A stretch of DNA of 64,000 bases from an uncultured Candidatus Saccharibacteria bacterium (GCA_964409035.1 CAYPBQ010000003.1:105530-169529); one strand, 5' to 3'. Shown: positions 49,400 to 58,910, numbered from the stretch's first letter. The notes: generated by a model from the sequence alone, not told the origin. Program-made: numbers and translations.

Positions 49400-50641
49400 T
49401 TATCTCATAGAACTATTAGCATAAAAGAGTACGCACAATCCTAGCGTGCCATCAAGCATCACTTCTCGGTGAGCGGTTAAAAAGGTACTCATTTCCCTTC
49501 CTGAAATGATGGCAACTGGTATATGTCGTAAATGTAGCTCTCCTGTGACTGGTGATAGTGCGTGTATCACTTGTTCTGAAAAAAACATGACAACTGAATC
49601 ATCTGCAGTGATGCTGATGGTAGAAAATAATGGATACTCTGACTCAATCTTCTCGAGTGTGATAGCAAGCGCTGTTGACCACTGTGCAAGAACCTTTTCA
49701 ACACTTTTTGTAACTATGTCTGCCTCTTTACCCTTTGCAAACTTTTTCGTTGCAAATAGTGTAAATCTTGTCATGGCATCATATTCATTTGTCTTGAGTG
49801 AAGCCTGAATTGCTCGTACAAATGAATTTTTGCCAATTGGTAACGATCCTACGTGTAAAATGGCCTTTCCATCATGAAGAATGATATCTGTCGCCTCTGC
49901 AGCCACATCAACATATAAGGAAATACCAGGGGCTTTGCGCAACACTTCAAGAGTAGATGCCGCAATAAATGGGTATGTAGCAATGTCGATATACTCTGGA
50001 TTAAACATCTTACTAAGAACAGCTTCGACTTTACTGATGATGTCCTCAGAGACAAAACTGATATAGGTATCAACTTCGATGTACGAAGCCTCCAATTTCT
50101 TTTCTAACGATGTATCGTAGCCATTAAGTCGTATACCAGTTGCATTACACTCAACAAGTTTTTGCCCTTTACTTTCTCCTGAGGTAAGGAGAGATTTTTC
50201 ATCATGTAGGAGTGCATCGACTGTTTGCATCGATATTAACTCATGCTTTGGATACTGTTTGCAGATAGTCTTGGTGTGAGCAGAATACCAAGGAGAACTA
50301 AAGACACACACTAGCTTCTTTACTGTGCATGAGTAGGTGCTCGATAGTAGCGGTATTCCCTCGCTTCGTACACGCATAGTAACCACCAAGAGTGATGAAA
50401 TCATCGCTTTGAGTAGTTGCTCGTGATTCTCGGTTGTTGCATCTATAGGCTCTGTTGTCGCGTACACAATGTGCGGCTTCTTTGCGGTTGTGTATACGGT
50501 AAGTGAGCAACTAATATGTCCACTACCAATGTCAAAAATGATCATTGCATCCTTCTCATCATCTGCAAAATGTGAACCAAAAAAGTGCATATGCCAGTAT
50601 AGTATACACCACTCATACAATTGTAAGAGTGGTGATAACAC
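49400..50641 (-). CDS. actin-like ATPase-fold protein (FtsA/PilM-like, degenerate phosphate-2 motif)
   Basis: MIIFDIGSGHISCSL resembles the phosphate-1 motif; the expected DIGGGTTD region is VDVAAEATDI, so the GGG motif is lost. Confidence 0.45.
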   Translation of the reverse strand: MLSPLLQLYEWCILYWHMHFFGSHFADDEKDAMIIFDIGSGHISCSLTVYTTAKKPHIVYATTEPIDATTENHEQLLKAMISSLLVVTMRVRSEGIPLLSSTYSCTVKKLVCVFSSPWYSAHTKTICKQYPKHELISMQTVDALLHDEKSLLTSGESKGQKLVECNATGIRLNGYDTSLEKKLEASYIEVDTYISFVSEDIISKVEAVLSKMFNPEYIDIATYPFIAASTLEVLRKAPGISLYVDVAAEATDIILHDGKAILHVGSLPIGKNSFVRAIQASLKTNEYDAMTRFTLFATKKFAKGKEADIVTKSVEKVLAQWSTALAITLEKIESEYPLFSTISITADDSVVMFFSEQVIHALSPVTGELHLRHIPVAIISGREMSTFLTAHREVMLDGTLGLCVLFYANSSMR

Positions 50642-50654
50642 AACTAGGTATCAC

Positions 50655-52541
50655 TTAAGAGAGTATTGCCTTTATTCTACGTGTGCCTGCGGCAACAGAT
50701 TCTTCCTTTGTGATATGAAAGGTTCCAAGTACTCCTGTGTGCTCAACATGCGGGCCACCACAGAGCTCCATACTAAATGGCTTCATTGGATCTCCAATAG
50801 AATATACACGTACCACATCACCGTATTTTTCTCCGAAGACTCCAACTGCTCCACGCTCCTTTGCTTGAGCAAGCGGCATGTCGGTCGCGGTTACCACCAA
50901 ATCCTCCTTGATCTTGTCATTTACTATCTTCTCAACTTGTCTGAGCTGCTCTTCAGTTATTTTCTCATGATGATTAAAGTCAAAACGCAATCGTTCGCTG
51001 GTTATATTGCTACCACGTTGCTCGATGTGTGTTCCAAGAACATCTTTAAGTGCCTGATTAAGCAGGTGTGTAGCAGTGTGGTATTTGACCACAATTTCAG
51101 AATGATCAGCGAGTCCCCCCTTAAATTTCTGCTCTGCTCCTGCACGGCTTAGTTCTTGGTGCTTTCGCATCTCCTCGGTATATGTAGCCTTATCAACAGT
51201 GACGCCTCGCTCCTCTGCCATTTCTTCAGTCATCTCAATAGGAAAGCCGTACGTGGTGAATAGTATGAACGCATCCACCCCTGAAATAGCACCGGTTGCG
51301 GAAATTTTTTCAAATTCCTTAAGTCCGCGTTCGAGTGTCTTTCTAAAGCGATCCTCCTCCTCTGCAATTACCGAGGTTATAGTTGATTCAAGTGCGACAA
51401 GCTCTGGATAGTAGTCTTTATACATTGAAATCACCACTGCGGCAGCATCCTTTAGCACGCCTTCCTTTATTGATAGTGAGTCAGCGTACCGTACTGCCCT
51501 GCGGAGTAGGCGACGTAATACATATCCCGAGTCTGTGTTTGCAGGTCGTGCGCCATCAGCAATAATAAATACCGCACCCTTAAGGTGGTCTGCGACAACC
51601 CTAAACGCCTTTAACTCTGAAGGGCTAGCATGTTGGTATGACTTACCCGATGCTTGCTCAAGCATTGCAAGTATCTCTTTGTGCGCGATAGGAAATACGT
51701 CATTAACATTATTTGCAGCAGCGCAAAGTCGTTCAAGTCCACCACCAAAGTCAACATTGCTTTTAGGAAGCTTTGCAAATGAGCCATCTTCTTGCTTTAT
51801 ATACTCCATGAATACGGAGTTGCCAATTTCAAGAAATCGTCCACAGTCACAATTGGGGTGGCAGTGCTCACCAAACGCAGTATTGTGTGGAGTACCAAAG
51901 TCATAAAATAGTTCTGAGTCTGGGCCACCTGGTTCACCTTTAGGCATATTTTCAGGAACCCCTGCTCTGCTCCACCAATTCTTCTTTGCATCGTAGTAAA
52001 ATATTCTCCCCCCTTGCATCCCTTTTAGCGCTCCGTCAGATTCTTTTCCTATAAAGACATCCTTAGCGTCCATGCCAACTGTTGCAAATAGTTGTTTCCA
52101 CAACTCAACCGCTTTATCGTCTCTTGCAATTGCATTTGTGTCATCGCCAGCAAATACAGTCACGTATAAATTGTTTGGATTAATACCTATGCCCACTGTC
52201 GGGTTTGTAAGAAACTCAAATACCCAGTGTAGTTGCTCCTCTTTGAAGTAATCACCAAATGACCAATTACCTAACATTTCAAAAAATGTGGTGTGTCGGT
52301 TATCGCCCACCTCTTCAATATCCATCTGTCTAAAACATTTTTGACTGTCAACAATTCTGGTGCCTAGCGGATGCTCCTTACCTAAAAGATATGGAAGCAG
52401 TGGCTGCATACCGCTACCGGTAAACAAGGTTGTTGGATCATTTTGTGGCAATAGAGATGCAGAAGGGATTACTTTGTGGCCCTTAGATTGCATGTATGCG
52501 ATATATCTCGCCCTAATTTCTTGAAGTGTCATAGTAGTCAC
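50655..52541 (-). CDS. alaS: alanine--tRNA ligase, short form lacking the C-Ala domain
   Basis: Class II catalytic core, editing-domain HTATHLL...CGGPHV motifs; 628 aa versus about 870 for the canonical enzyme. Confidence 0.9.
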   Translation of the reverse strand: MTTMTLQEIRARYIAYMQSKGHKVIPSASLLPQNDPTTLFTGSGMQPLLPYLLGKEHPLGTRIVDSQKCFRQMDIEEVGDNRHTTFFEMLGNWSFGDYFKEEQLHWVFEFLTNPTVGIGINPNNLYVTVFAGDDTNAIARDDKAVELWKQLFATVGMDAKDVFIGKESDGALKGMQGGRIFYYDAKKNWWSRAGVPENMPKGEPGGPDSELFYDFGTPHNTAFGEHCHPNCDCGRFLEIGNSVFMEYIKQEDGSFAKLPKSNVDFGGGLERLCAAANNVNDVFPIAHKEILAMLEQASGKSYQHASPSELKAFRVVADHLKGAVFIIADGARPANTDSGYVLRRLLRRAVRYADSLSIKEGVLKDAAAVVISMYKDYYPELVALESTITSVIAEEEDRFRKTLERGLKEFEKISATGAISGVDAFILFTTYGFPIEMTEEMAEERGVTVDKATYTEEMRKHQELSRAGAEQKFKGGLADHSEIVVKYHTATHLLNQALKDVLGTHIEQRGSNITSERLRFDFNHHEKITEEQLRQVEKIVNDKIKEDLVVTATDMPLAQAKERGAVGVFGEKYGDVVRVYSIGDPMKPFSMELCGGPHVEHTGVLGTFHITKEESVAAGTRRIKAILS

Positions 52542-52552
52542 AATATAGTAAT

Positions 52553-52780
52553 TTACTGGAGAAAGTCAAAGTAGCCAAACGAGGTAATTTCTGCAAAATA
52601 CCCCACTATGATAAACGTGATACCAAGTATTGCTACGTATCGCTCATGGCTCATTCTCGACAGAACATCACTATCAATTCTATGCTCTTTGAGTATCTTT
52701 GCGTGTACAGAAAGTACGCAAATACCCAACACCACCTTTCCAAGCATTGACAACGTCATACCAATCAAGAGTAGGTCCAT
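52553..52780 (-). CDS. small membrane protein (75 aa, two TM)
   Basis: ORF plus hydrophobicity only. Confidence 0.35.
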   Translation of the reverse strand: MDLLLIGMTLSMLGKVVLGICVLSVHAKILKEHRIDSDVLSRMSHERYVAILGITFIIVGYFAEITSFGYFDFLQ

Positions 52781-52793
52781 ATAATGTAATTAA

Positions 52794-54605
52794 CTATAGC
52801 ATTCCCTCCTTTTTAGCTAGAGCGGTAAGTTTGGCTACATCCTCTCTCATACTTTGTAATCCATCACTAAACACGCTACCGTCCTTTGTCGCTATTCCAA
52901 TTGACGCAAAAATCTTTTCGGGCGACATAGATTCCCCGAGTGAAAGGAAGTGGTCTATTTTTACCGTATACGATTTGTCCTTTTTGTAACGAGCTGCAAT
53001 TGCCTTAGCGACAAGTATTCCGTACGCATAGGTATATACGTAAAAGAATCGTCGTATATGGCTTATGTATAGGTATCCATATCCATTATCAGGGTCAATG
53101 ACTACATCCTTTCCCATATATGAGGAAAGGTGCTTGGTGAATAGTGACGCAATTTCTTTATTTTGGACAAATCCATGTTCTCTTATCTTTTGGTGAAGTT
53201 CAAGTTCAAACTGAAAAAATGCAATTTGGCGATGAATAGTTGATATGTCGTGATGGATTTTGTCATGAAGCATAATCATCTGCTCACGTGCCGATGCGCG
53301 CTCAAACAAGTAATCAAATGCGAGTGATTCAAATAGGGTACTTGCCACCTCTGCTACTGCAATTGAGTGATTTTCGTAATGTGAAGGTTGACTGCGAGAT
53401 CGCTCAGCGTGTATTGCGTGCCCCATTTCATGCACAAGCGTAAAGAAATCGTCTACTGTATCCTTGTGATTTAATAGAACGAATACCGGTCTACCGTGTA
53501 CGCTAGAGCAAAATGCGCCGCCACCTTTATGTTGTCTTGGAAATACATCGATTTGTCCGTTCTGAAGATAATCCTCAAGTATTGTTGCGTAATCTGGGTT
53601 TATACTAGAAAAAATTTTCTTTGCACTTTCAACAGCTTCAGTGAATGGTATTTTCTTCTTTGTGCTTCCAAGCGATATGTTTCTATCAATGTAATGAAAT
53701 GCATCTAGCTTTAGAAGACGCTTTTTTAATTTGTAGAAGGTGTGAGCGATATCATTTGATGTTTGTACCGCGCTCACGAGAGCCTCTACCTCCTTTTCAG
53801 AATTTTGATTGCCAAGTACCATTGCAGTGTATGGCTTAGCATAACCTCTTAGTTCATCATTGATTTTTTTATCTGTGTAGATTGCATTGATTTCACTTTC
53901 AGCAAAGTCAGAAATAGATTTAAGTCTTGTTAATATCTCCTTTGACAGAGCGAGCCTATCCTTCTGCTTTGGCAAATATGAAGCATTAGAAATAGCTTCA
54001 TGTATCGGGTACGTCACCCCTTTATATGTAATAGTTTGTTTATTAAGAAGCTTTTCCGAGCCACTTACCCACATAGATGAAGCCGGCAGTGATTTAAGTG
54101 TTATGATTTTCTCTTCAGCTTCTGTGAGATTGTACTTTGCGTGCTTAAATGTGGTTTCAAGCAGGTACTTGTACTGCTCAAATCTCTTATCTGCAAGGAT
54201 ATCGCGCTGTAGTGACGCAGGCACTTTAGCTAAGTACAAAGGAAAAAACACAATTCTGTTATATGCCTTGGTAATTCTCTGTGAGAGTGTTGTTTCCATT
54301 GACTCTGCATAGGTATCGCTACTATCAATTTCACGTTTGAGGCTAAAGTAATAGACAGGATTAGATTTTGAAAGCATCTCTTGCAGTTCATGATATTTCA
54401 TGAACATTGGAAATAGCTCATCAACACTCTTCGTTGTCTGAAGAGTGTTTTTGTACTTTTTCTCAAATGCAGCACATGTAGCTTCTATTTTCTTGACGTC
54501 TTCTAAAATTGCTGGATCCTTATCAGATGTATAGAGTAACGATAGATTCCAGGAAGTCTGCATGAAAATTTGGTTATCGGGATAAAAACTCAGTGTACTC
54601 TTCAA
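52794..54605 (-). CDS. pepF: oligoendopeptidase F (M3B family)
   Basis: HEMGH zinc motif in TLVHEMGHAIHAE with downstream Glu; 603 aa. Confidence 0.85.
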   Translation of the reverse strand: MKSTLSFYPDNQIFMQTSWNLSLLYTSDKDPAILEDVKKIEATCAAFEKKYKNTLQTTKSVDELFPMFMKYHELQEMLSKSNPVYYFSLKREIDSSDTYAESMETTLSQRITKAYNRIVFFPLYLAKVPASLQRDILADKRFEQYKYLLETTFKHAKYNLTEAEEKIITLKSLPASSMWVSGSEKLLNKQTITYKGVTYPIHEAISNASYLPKQKDRLALSKEILTRLKSISDFAESEINAIYTDKKINDELRGYAKPYTAMVLGNQNSEKEVEALVSAVQTSNDIAHTFYKLKKRLLKLDAFHYIDRNISLGSTKKKIPFTEAVESAKKIFSSINPDYATILEDYLQNGQIDVFPRQHKGGGAFCSSVHGRPVFVLLNHKDTVDDFFTLVHEMGHAIHAERSRSQPSHYENHSIAVAEVASTLFESLAFDYLFERASAREQMIMLHDKIHHDISTIHRQIAFFQFELELHQKIREHGFVQNKEIASLFTKHLSSYMGKDVVIDPDNGYGYLYISHIRRFFYVYTYAYGILVAKAIAARYKKDKSYTVKIDHFLSLGESMSPEKIFASIGIATKDGSVFSDGLQSMREDVAKLTALAKKEGML

Positions 54606-55146
54606 ATGCTTTGTCGTACTCGTCTAGTAATCTTTTATTGTCGATCTTGCGGGCAACAATCTCCCGTATCTGTTTGTATATCTCAGTGCGTTCCTTGTTT
54701 GTACCTCCAAAATCATGATGAAATTCGTGATCATCAGCACCTTTGTACCAAAGTACCATTGAACGGATGTTGTGTATTTTGTCTGCGGCAGCAACATATG
54801 CGGATTCCTTTGGCGCTTCTTCCAAGGTTTTAATATATGAGAGATGTCGCTCCTTCCAATTTTTTGGAGTGCCATCATCATCGAGTATCGTTACACCACG
54901 TACGATACTACATATTCTTGGACCAAAATCATTTTCAAGCTCATCAAAACCATACATGGTGTCCTCTATTGTGTCGTGAAGTAGTGCAGAGGCAATAATC
55001 TCATCATCATCAGTGTAGTCAGTAAGGATAAGTGCCACTGCAAATACATGCGACAATGTAGGGAGTAAGTCCCCTTTTCTGTGCTGGCCATCATGGAGTG
55101 CGGCTGTTTTCCTAACCGCCTTTTCAACTACTCTACTGTAATGCAT
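54574..55146 (-). CDS. HD-domain (p)ppGpp hydrolase, RelA/SpoT-type small alarmone hydrolase
   Basis: HDGQHRKGDLLPTLSHVFAVA and ALLHDTIEDT match the RelA/SpoT HD hydrolase motifs; no synthetase domain. Confidence 0.7.
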   Translation of the reverse strand: MHYSRVVEKAVRKTAALHDGQHRKGDLLPTLSHVFAVALILTDYTDDDEIIASALLHDTIEDTMYGFDELENDFGPRICSIVRGVTILDDDGTPKNWKERHLSYIKTLEEAPKESAYVAAADKIHNIRSMVLWYKGADDHEFHHDFGGTNKERTEIYKQIREIVARKIDNKRLLDEYDKAFEEYTEFLSR

Positions 55147-55189
55147 TAGTAAATAGTAGCAAAGACTCTTGCTAAGACAAAATCACTTA

Positions 55190-55903
55190 TTACATCTTTT
55201 TTATTGTCGCCTCTTTTCTGAGTGTCTCTACATGCTCGGCAACAATGGTTACTACCTTTTGTCGTATTAGTTCGCTTTCAATCAATGAGCGCACCTTCTC
55301 AAGTGGCGGGGCATTCTCAACACTTGATACAACCTTTTCATAGGTAGAGAGTATTTCTTCGTCCTCAGCCACCACCTCTTCAATAGCCGTTACATCGACG
55401 AGGTATTTTTGAATTTTAATTTGATCTGCAATATTCTTTTTTATTTCCTCCTCTGTTAGTTTGTTTGCCTCCATGTATGCCGAAAATTCTTCCTTTCCGT
55501 TGAGCATGGTAACAAGATCGTTGTACTCCTTCAGTATTTCGTATTCAGTTGCCGTCATATTATTTTTCTCGGATGCCTGCAGGAGTAGCAGATTGCTGAT
55601 CATTTCATCCAAGAATTTTTCGCGATATTCAAGTAGTACATCCTTATCTTTGAAATCAACACCCTCAGACTCGTAGATTATCATTGCCTTACTAAATGAG
55701 TCGTTAAATTCAAGTTGGGTGATTTCAGTACCATTTACCGACGCGATAACGCTATTTGGAGTAAAGTACTTTGAACCAATTTCAGTAGTGCTAACAACAT
55801 ATAGCAATGTGCCAATAACAATCACCGCAACAAGAGCAAGCATTATCCTGCTCTGTTTTTTTGCTGCGTTTGTTCTTGCATCATTTATTCCTTCGATTCC
55901 CAT
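55190..55903 (-). CDS. SurA N-terminal-domain-like periplasmic chaperone-like protein
   Basis: N-terminal TM then SurA_N-like helical region; no PPIase signature seen. Confidence 0.45.
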   Translation of the reverse strand: MGIEGINDARTNAAKKQSRIMLALVAVIVIGTLLYVVSTTEIGSKYFTPNSVIASVNGTEITQLEFNDSFSKAMIIYESEGVDFKDKDVLLEYREKFLDEMISNLLLLQASEKNNMTATEYEILKEYNDLVTMLNGKEEFSAYMEANKLTEEEIKKNIADQIKIQKYLVDVTAIEEVVAEDEEILSTYEKVVSSVENAPPLEKVRSLIESELIRQKVVTIVAEHVETLRKEATIKKM

Positions 55904-55907
55904 ACTG

Positions 55908-56213
55908 TTATTGTACTACACAGGTACCATTTGGCATACAATTTATTTTGACCCCCTCTTTGAAAAGTAGCTCGATCTTACGCTTCTTTCCCCTATTATA
56001 TTCTCCAACTTCACGGCTGGTCTTGATTACGCGATGGCATGGTATCTCATCATTGTAGTTTTTTGCCATAAGATACCCAACATAACGAGCGTTAGCAGGA
56101 TACCCAGATCGTATTGCAACCTCCTTGTATGAGAGAGTGCTACCCACCTTAATACCCTTTACCACATTTAAAATCGCTTCTTTTTTACTATTGCTTGCCT
56201 TTTGTAACATGAT
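55908..56213 (-). CDS. MGMT-family protein (alkyltransferase DNA-binding domain only, active-site PCHR present)
   Basis: IPCHRVI motif and preceding winged-helix region; start at internal Met (about 101 aa), overlapping the upstream nuclease gene by about 26 nt. Confidence 0.65.
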   Translation of the reverse strand: MMLQKASNSKKEAILNVVKGIKVGSTLSYKEVAIRSGYPANARYVGYLMAKNYNDEIPCHRVIKTSREVGEYNRGKKRKIELLFKEGVKINCMPNGTCVVQ

Positions 56214-56949
56214 TCTTAAATGCATTACCGGCACCCTCTCTGTATGGGCAATATTCACATAGCGTACCGCTCTTTGGTATAGAGTCTGACTCAAGTGTTT
56301 CCTTAATTCTTAGAAGAAGTGGTTCTATCCATGTGTCAGTACCGGTGTGTTGGATAAGTGCGACATCAAACAGTAATTTTGCATTAAAGGAAGGCTCTGT
56401 TTTTTTACCGTTTACATATACAAAATAAGCATTATCAGATACCGAGAAGCCGTTACCTCTAAGAAGCCATGCGTAAAACTCTACCTGACGCTTATATTGC
56501 TCTCCCCACCTGCCCTCCAGTGTAGGTGTTTCTGCTTTTGCAGTTGCCTTATAATCAACCACATATAGGGTATCAGTCTTGTCCACCCATAAATCATCTA
56601 CCGCACCGAAAAAGACAATATTAGTATCTTTATGGTGATGCCGAATGCCGGTAAAGTTAGCGCGCCATTCCTCTAAGTCCTTGTGACTATACGGTACTAA
56701 TTCAGATAATCCAGCCTCAACACAAAGTGGGTGTGGAGTTTTTGAGGCTCTATGTGTGTCGAATTCCTTTTTTAATAACTCATCAACAGCCAAATTGAGA
56801 GTAAAGCTTGCCATTGATGGGCGCTTTATCCCTAAACGTTCAAGAAGATAAAAACAGCGCGGACACTCAAGAAATAAATCAATTTTTGATCTGCTAAGGG
56901 TATGCGGCGTTTTGGCGCCTTTGGTGTATGTCTTAGGTGTATAACTCAT
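56188..56949 (-). CDS. Cas4-like PD-(D/E)XK nuclease with 4-Cys cluster (stand-alone, no CRISPR locus)
   Basis: N-terminal CPRC, C-terminal CEYCPY (Fe-S cluster Cys), VVDYKA and QYKRQVEFYA (QhxxY) motifs of the Cas4/AddB nuclease fold. Confidence 0.65.
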   Translation of the reverse strand: MSYTPKTYTKGAKTPHTLSRSKIDLFLECPRCFYLLERLGIKRPSMASFTLNLAVDELLKKEFDTHRASKTPHPLCVEAGLSELVPYSHKDLEEWRANFTGIRHHHKDTNIVFFGAVDDLWVDKTDTLYVVDYKATAKAETPTLEGRWGEQYKRQVEFYAWLLRGNGFSVSDNAYFVYVNGKKTEPSFNAKLLFDVALIQHTGTDTWIEPLLLRIKETLESDSIPKSGTLCEYCPYREGAGNAFKNHVTKGKQ

Positions 56950-56963
56950 GGCAACACTTGCAA

Positions 56964-57452
56964 TTATTTATTGTCGGCAATGACTTCAGTGTCATCAGAC
57001 CATGCGTGTTGCATCTTATCTTCAACAGTCCACAACGCTCTGAATACAAACAAAACCAACAACGTACCCACAACTGCGATAAAGTAATAGCCAAGACCAA
57101 TTGCAACACCAATTGCGGAAGTTACCCATAAACCCGCGGCAGTAGTAATACCTTTTGGAGTGGCATCTCTAAACATGATGATACCTGCTCCAATAAAGCC
57201 AATGCCAGTTACAACACCAGCAATAACTCTAAAGGGATCAGAAATGCCAAATCCATCAGGGCTTACCGAATAAATGACAGCAAGAGAGGTGTAGAGGGTA
57301 GATGCCATTGCAACAAGTGCGTGAGTGCGCATGCCTGCTGTTTTACCTGCCATTTTTCTTTCAGCGCCAAGCAACATTCCAAGGGTAATAGCAACTACAA
57401 GCTGTAGCGATAGTACGATTTCTTGGTTAGTAATGAAGTTGCTTATTTCCAT
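56964..57452 (-). CDS. MgtC/SapB family membrane protein
   Basis: LGMLLGAERKMAGKTAGMRTHALVA signature. Confidence 0.8.
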   Translation of the reverse strand: MEISNFITNQEIVLSLQLVVAITLGMLLGAERKMAGKTAGMRTHALVAMASTLYTSLAVIYSVSPDGFGISDPFRVIAGVVTGIGFIGAGIIMFRDATPKGITTAAGLWVTSAIGVAIGLGYYFIAVVGTLLVLFVFRALWTVEDKMQHAWSDDTEVIADNK

Positions 57453-57458
57453 ACATTA

Positions 57459-58019
57459 TTACTGCGCGGTTGCGACAAAGAATTTCATTATGACCTGCGA
57501 AGTTGCAACATCAGTTATCGGCTTATCCGCACCAAGAGTAAATTGTCTGTCACCGTTATCACCATACAACACTGCTGCATAGGTGTTACCTACTACAGTA
57601 TTTCTAAGTAGTGATACTGTACCGCTCCACGATCCCTCGCTGAAATGTTGCGCTCCTAGGGCGTTGCCTAGCTCTCCTTCTACAACTTCGTGTATTACTA
57701 TCCAACCTCCCATTGAAGGAAATGTGACAGAGGTTATATTTACATGATTTCCTGAAAGCTGATTGTTTACCTCAAGATCAACTGCTGATGCTGATACAGA
57801 GATGTCGGTTACCGCTGGAGTAGTAGTCGGTGTCTTTGATGTTGTGGTGGCAGCATTATTAGTGCTTACTTCACTTTCGTTACTTGGAGCTTCTGCTTTC
57901 TCAGTATTAACAGCCCAAATCCACACTGCACCCGCTCCAACCAATAGACCTACCACAAATGCTACTGCAAGCTGCTTGTGAGAGTCCGCACTTAATTCGT
58001 ATGTTGGCATGCTGTCCAT
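57459..58019 (-). CDS. membrane-anchored extracytoplasmic protein, unknown function
   Basis: N-terminal TM, Thr/Ser-rich linker, beta-rich C-terminal domain. Confidence 0.4.
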   Translation of the reverse strand: MDSMPTYELSADSHKQLAVAFVVGLLVGAGAVWIWAVNTEKAEAPSNESEVSTNNAATTTSKTPTTTPAVTDISVSASAVDLEVNNQLSGNHVNITSVTFPSMGGWIVIHEVVEGELGNALGAQHFSEGSWSGTVSLLRNTVVGNTYAAVLYGDNGDRQFTLGADKPITDVATSQVIMKFFVATAQ

Positions 58020-58052
58020 AGTTTATCCTTAACTGCTAGTAGTATGTCGCTA

Positions 58053-58904
58053 TTATACCGCGGCACCGGGTACACACAACACCTCACTCTCTTTAAGTAC
58101 GTTCATAACTTTTGCCTCCTTAATGCCGGATTTTCTCATGATGTCTGGATTATCACGGAGTGTTTTGCATAACACCACCTTAGTCTCAAGTAGTCGTTGC
58201 TTCTCCTGAGTCGAGAGTGAGGTAAGGCACGTAAGTGGATGAAGCCCAGTTTCCTCAATTAAATCCTCTAAATTCCCTTTTTTAGGATAGCTCCAGCCAA
58301 TTAGTTCTAGACCTACACACGATGCGTAGTCAATGGCATTTTTAGTAAACTTTGTATTGGTAATGAGTAGTCTGCGGGTTACATCTATGCCACCAGTAAC
58401 AGATACTGCGTGAGCATGAATATCCTCAAACCGTGCATGCACATATAGAGCTACCTTCAGATCAGTTTTCATCCCAAGATTGTTGTGAAATTTAAGCTCT
58501 GCTCCAATTCGCTCCATTCGCTTTTCAGCGAGTACGTCAATTTCATGCTTGGAGCAATGACCTCTAAGCATGACTCCGGTTCTTGCTCGGTAGCCCTTTG
58601 CTCTAAAAATCTCTGAGACAAAACTTTCAAATGGGAATCCGCTTGGTCCTAGATCAAAGAGCGCTCTACGCAATGAGTAGCGAGCCGCAGCTGCTTTGTT
58701 GTTTGAGCGTTGTAATTTTGAATATACCTTTTCGTATATATCATTTGTTGAATTACCCTCCTCTACCTCGTTTGATACTTCCTGTGAGATGGCCTCAATA
58801 TCACCTCTTAACACCCCCAATCGCTTTAGTGACGATTGAAGTTTTGATAATTTAAACGGCTCCTCAGTACCATCGGCTTTTACGATGGGAATTATTTTTT
58901 CCAT
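58053..58904 (-). CDS. ATP-cone domain protein fused to a restriction-endonuclease-like (Mrr_cat-type) domain
   Basis: Residues 1-90 IIPIVKADGTEEPFKLSKL... match the ATP-cone fold; downstream FESFVSEIFRAKGYRA...HEIDVLAEK...ELKF...LLITNTKFTKNAIDYA fits the Mrr-like PD-(D/E)XK core. Confidence 0.6.
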   Translation of the reverse strand: MEKIIPIVKADGTEEPFKLSKLQSSLKRLGVLRGDIEAISQEVSNEVEEGNSTNDIYEKVYSKLQRSNNKAAAARYSLRRALFDLGPSGFPFESFVSEIFRAKGYRARTGVMLRGHCSKHEIDVLAEKRMERIGAELKFHNNLGMKTDLKVALYVHARFEDIHAHAVSVTGGIDVTRRLLITNTKFTKNAIDYASCVGLELIGWSYPKKGNLEDLIEETGLHPLTCLTSLSTQEKQRLLETKVVLCKTLRDNPDIMRKSGIKEAKVMNVLKESEVLCVPGAAV

Positions 58905-58910
58905 ACCCCC

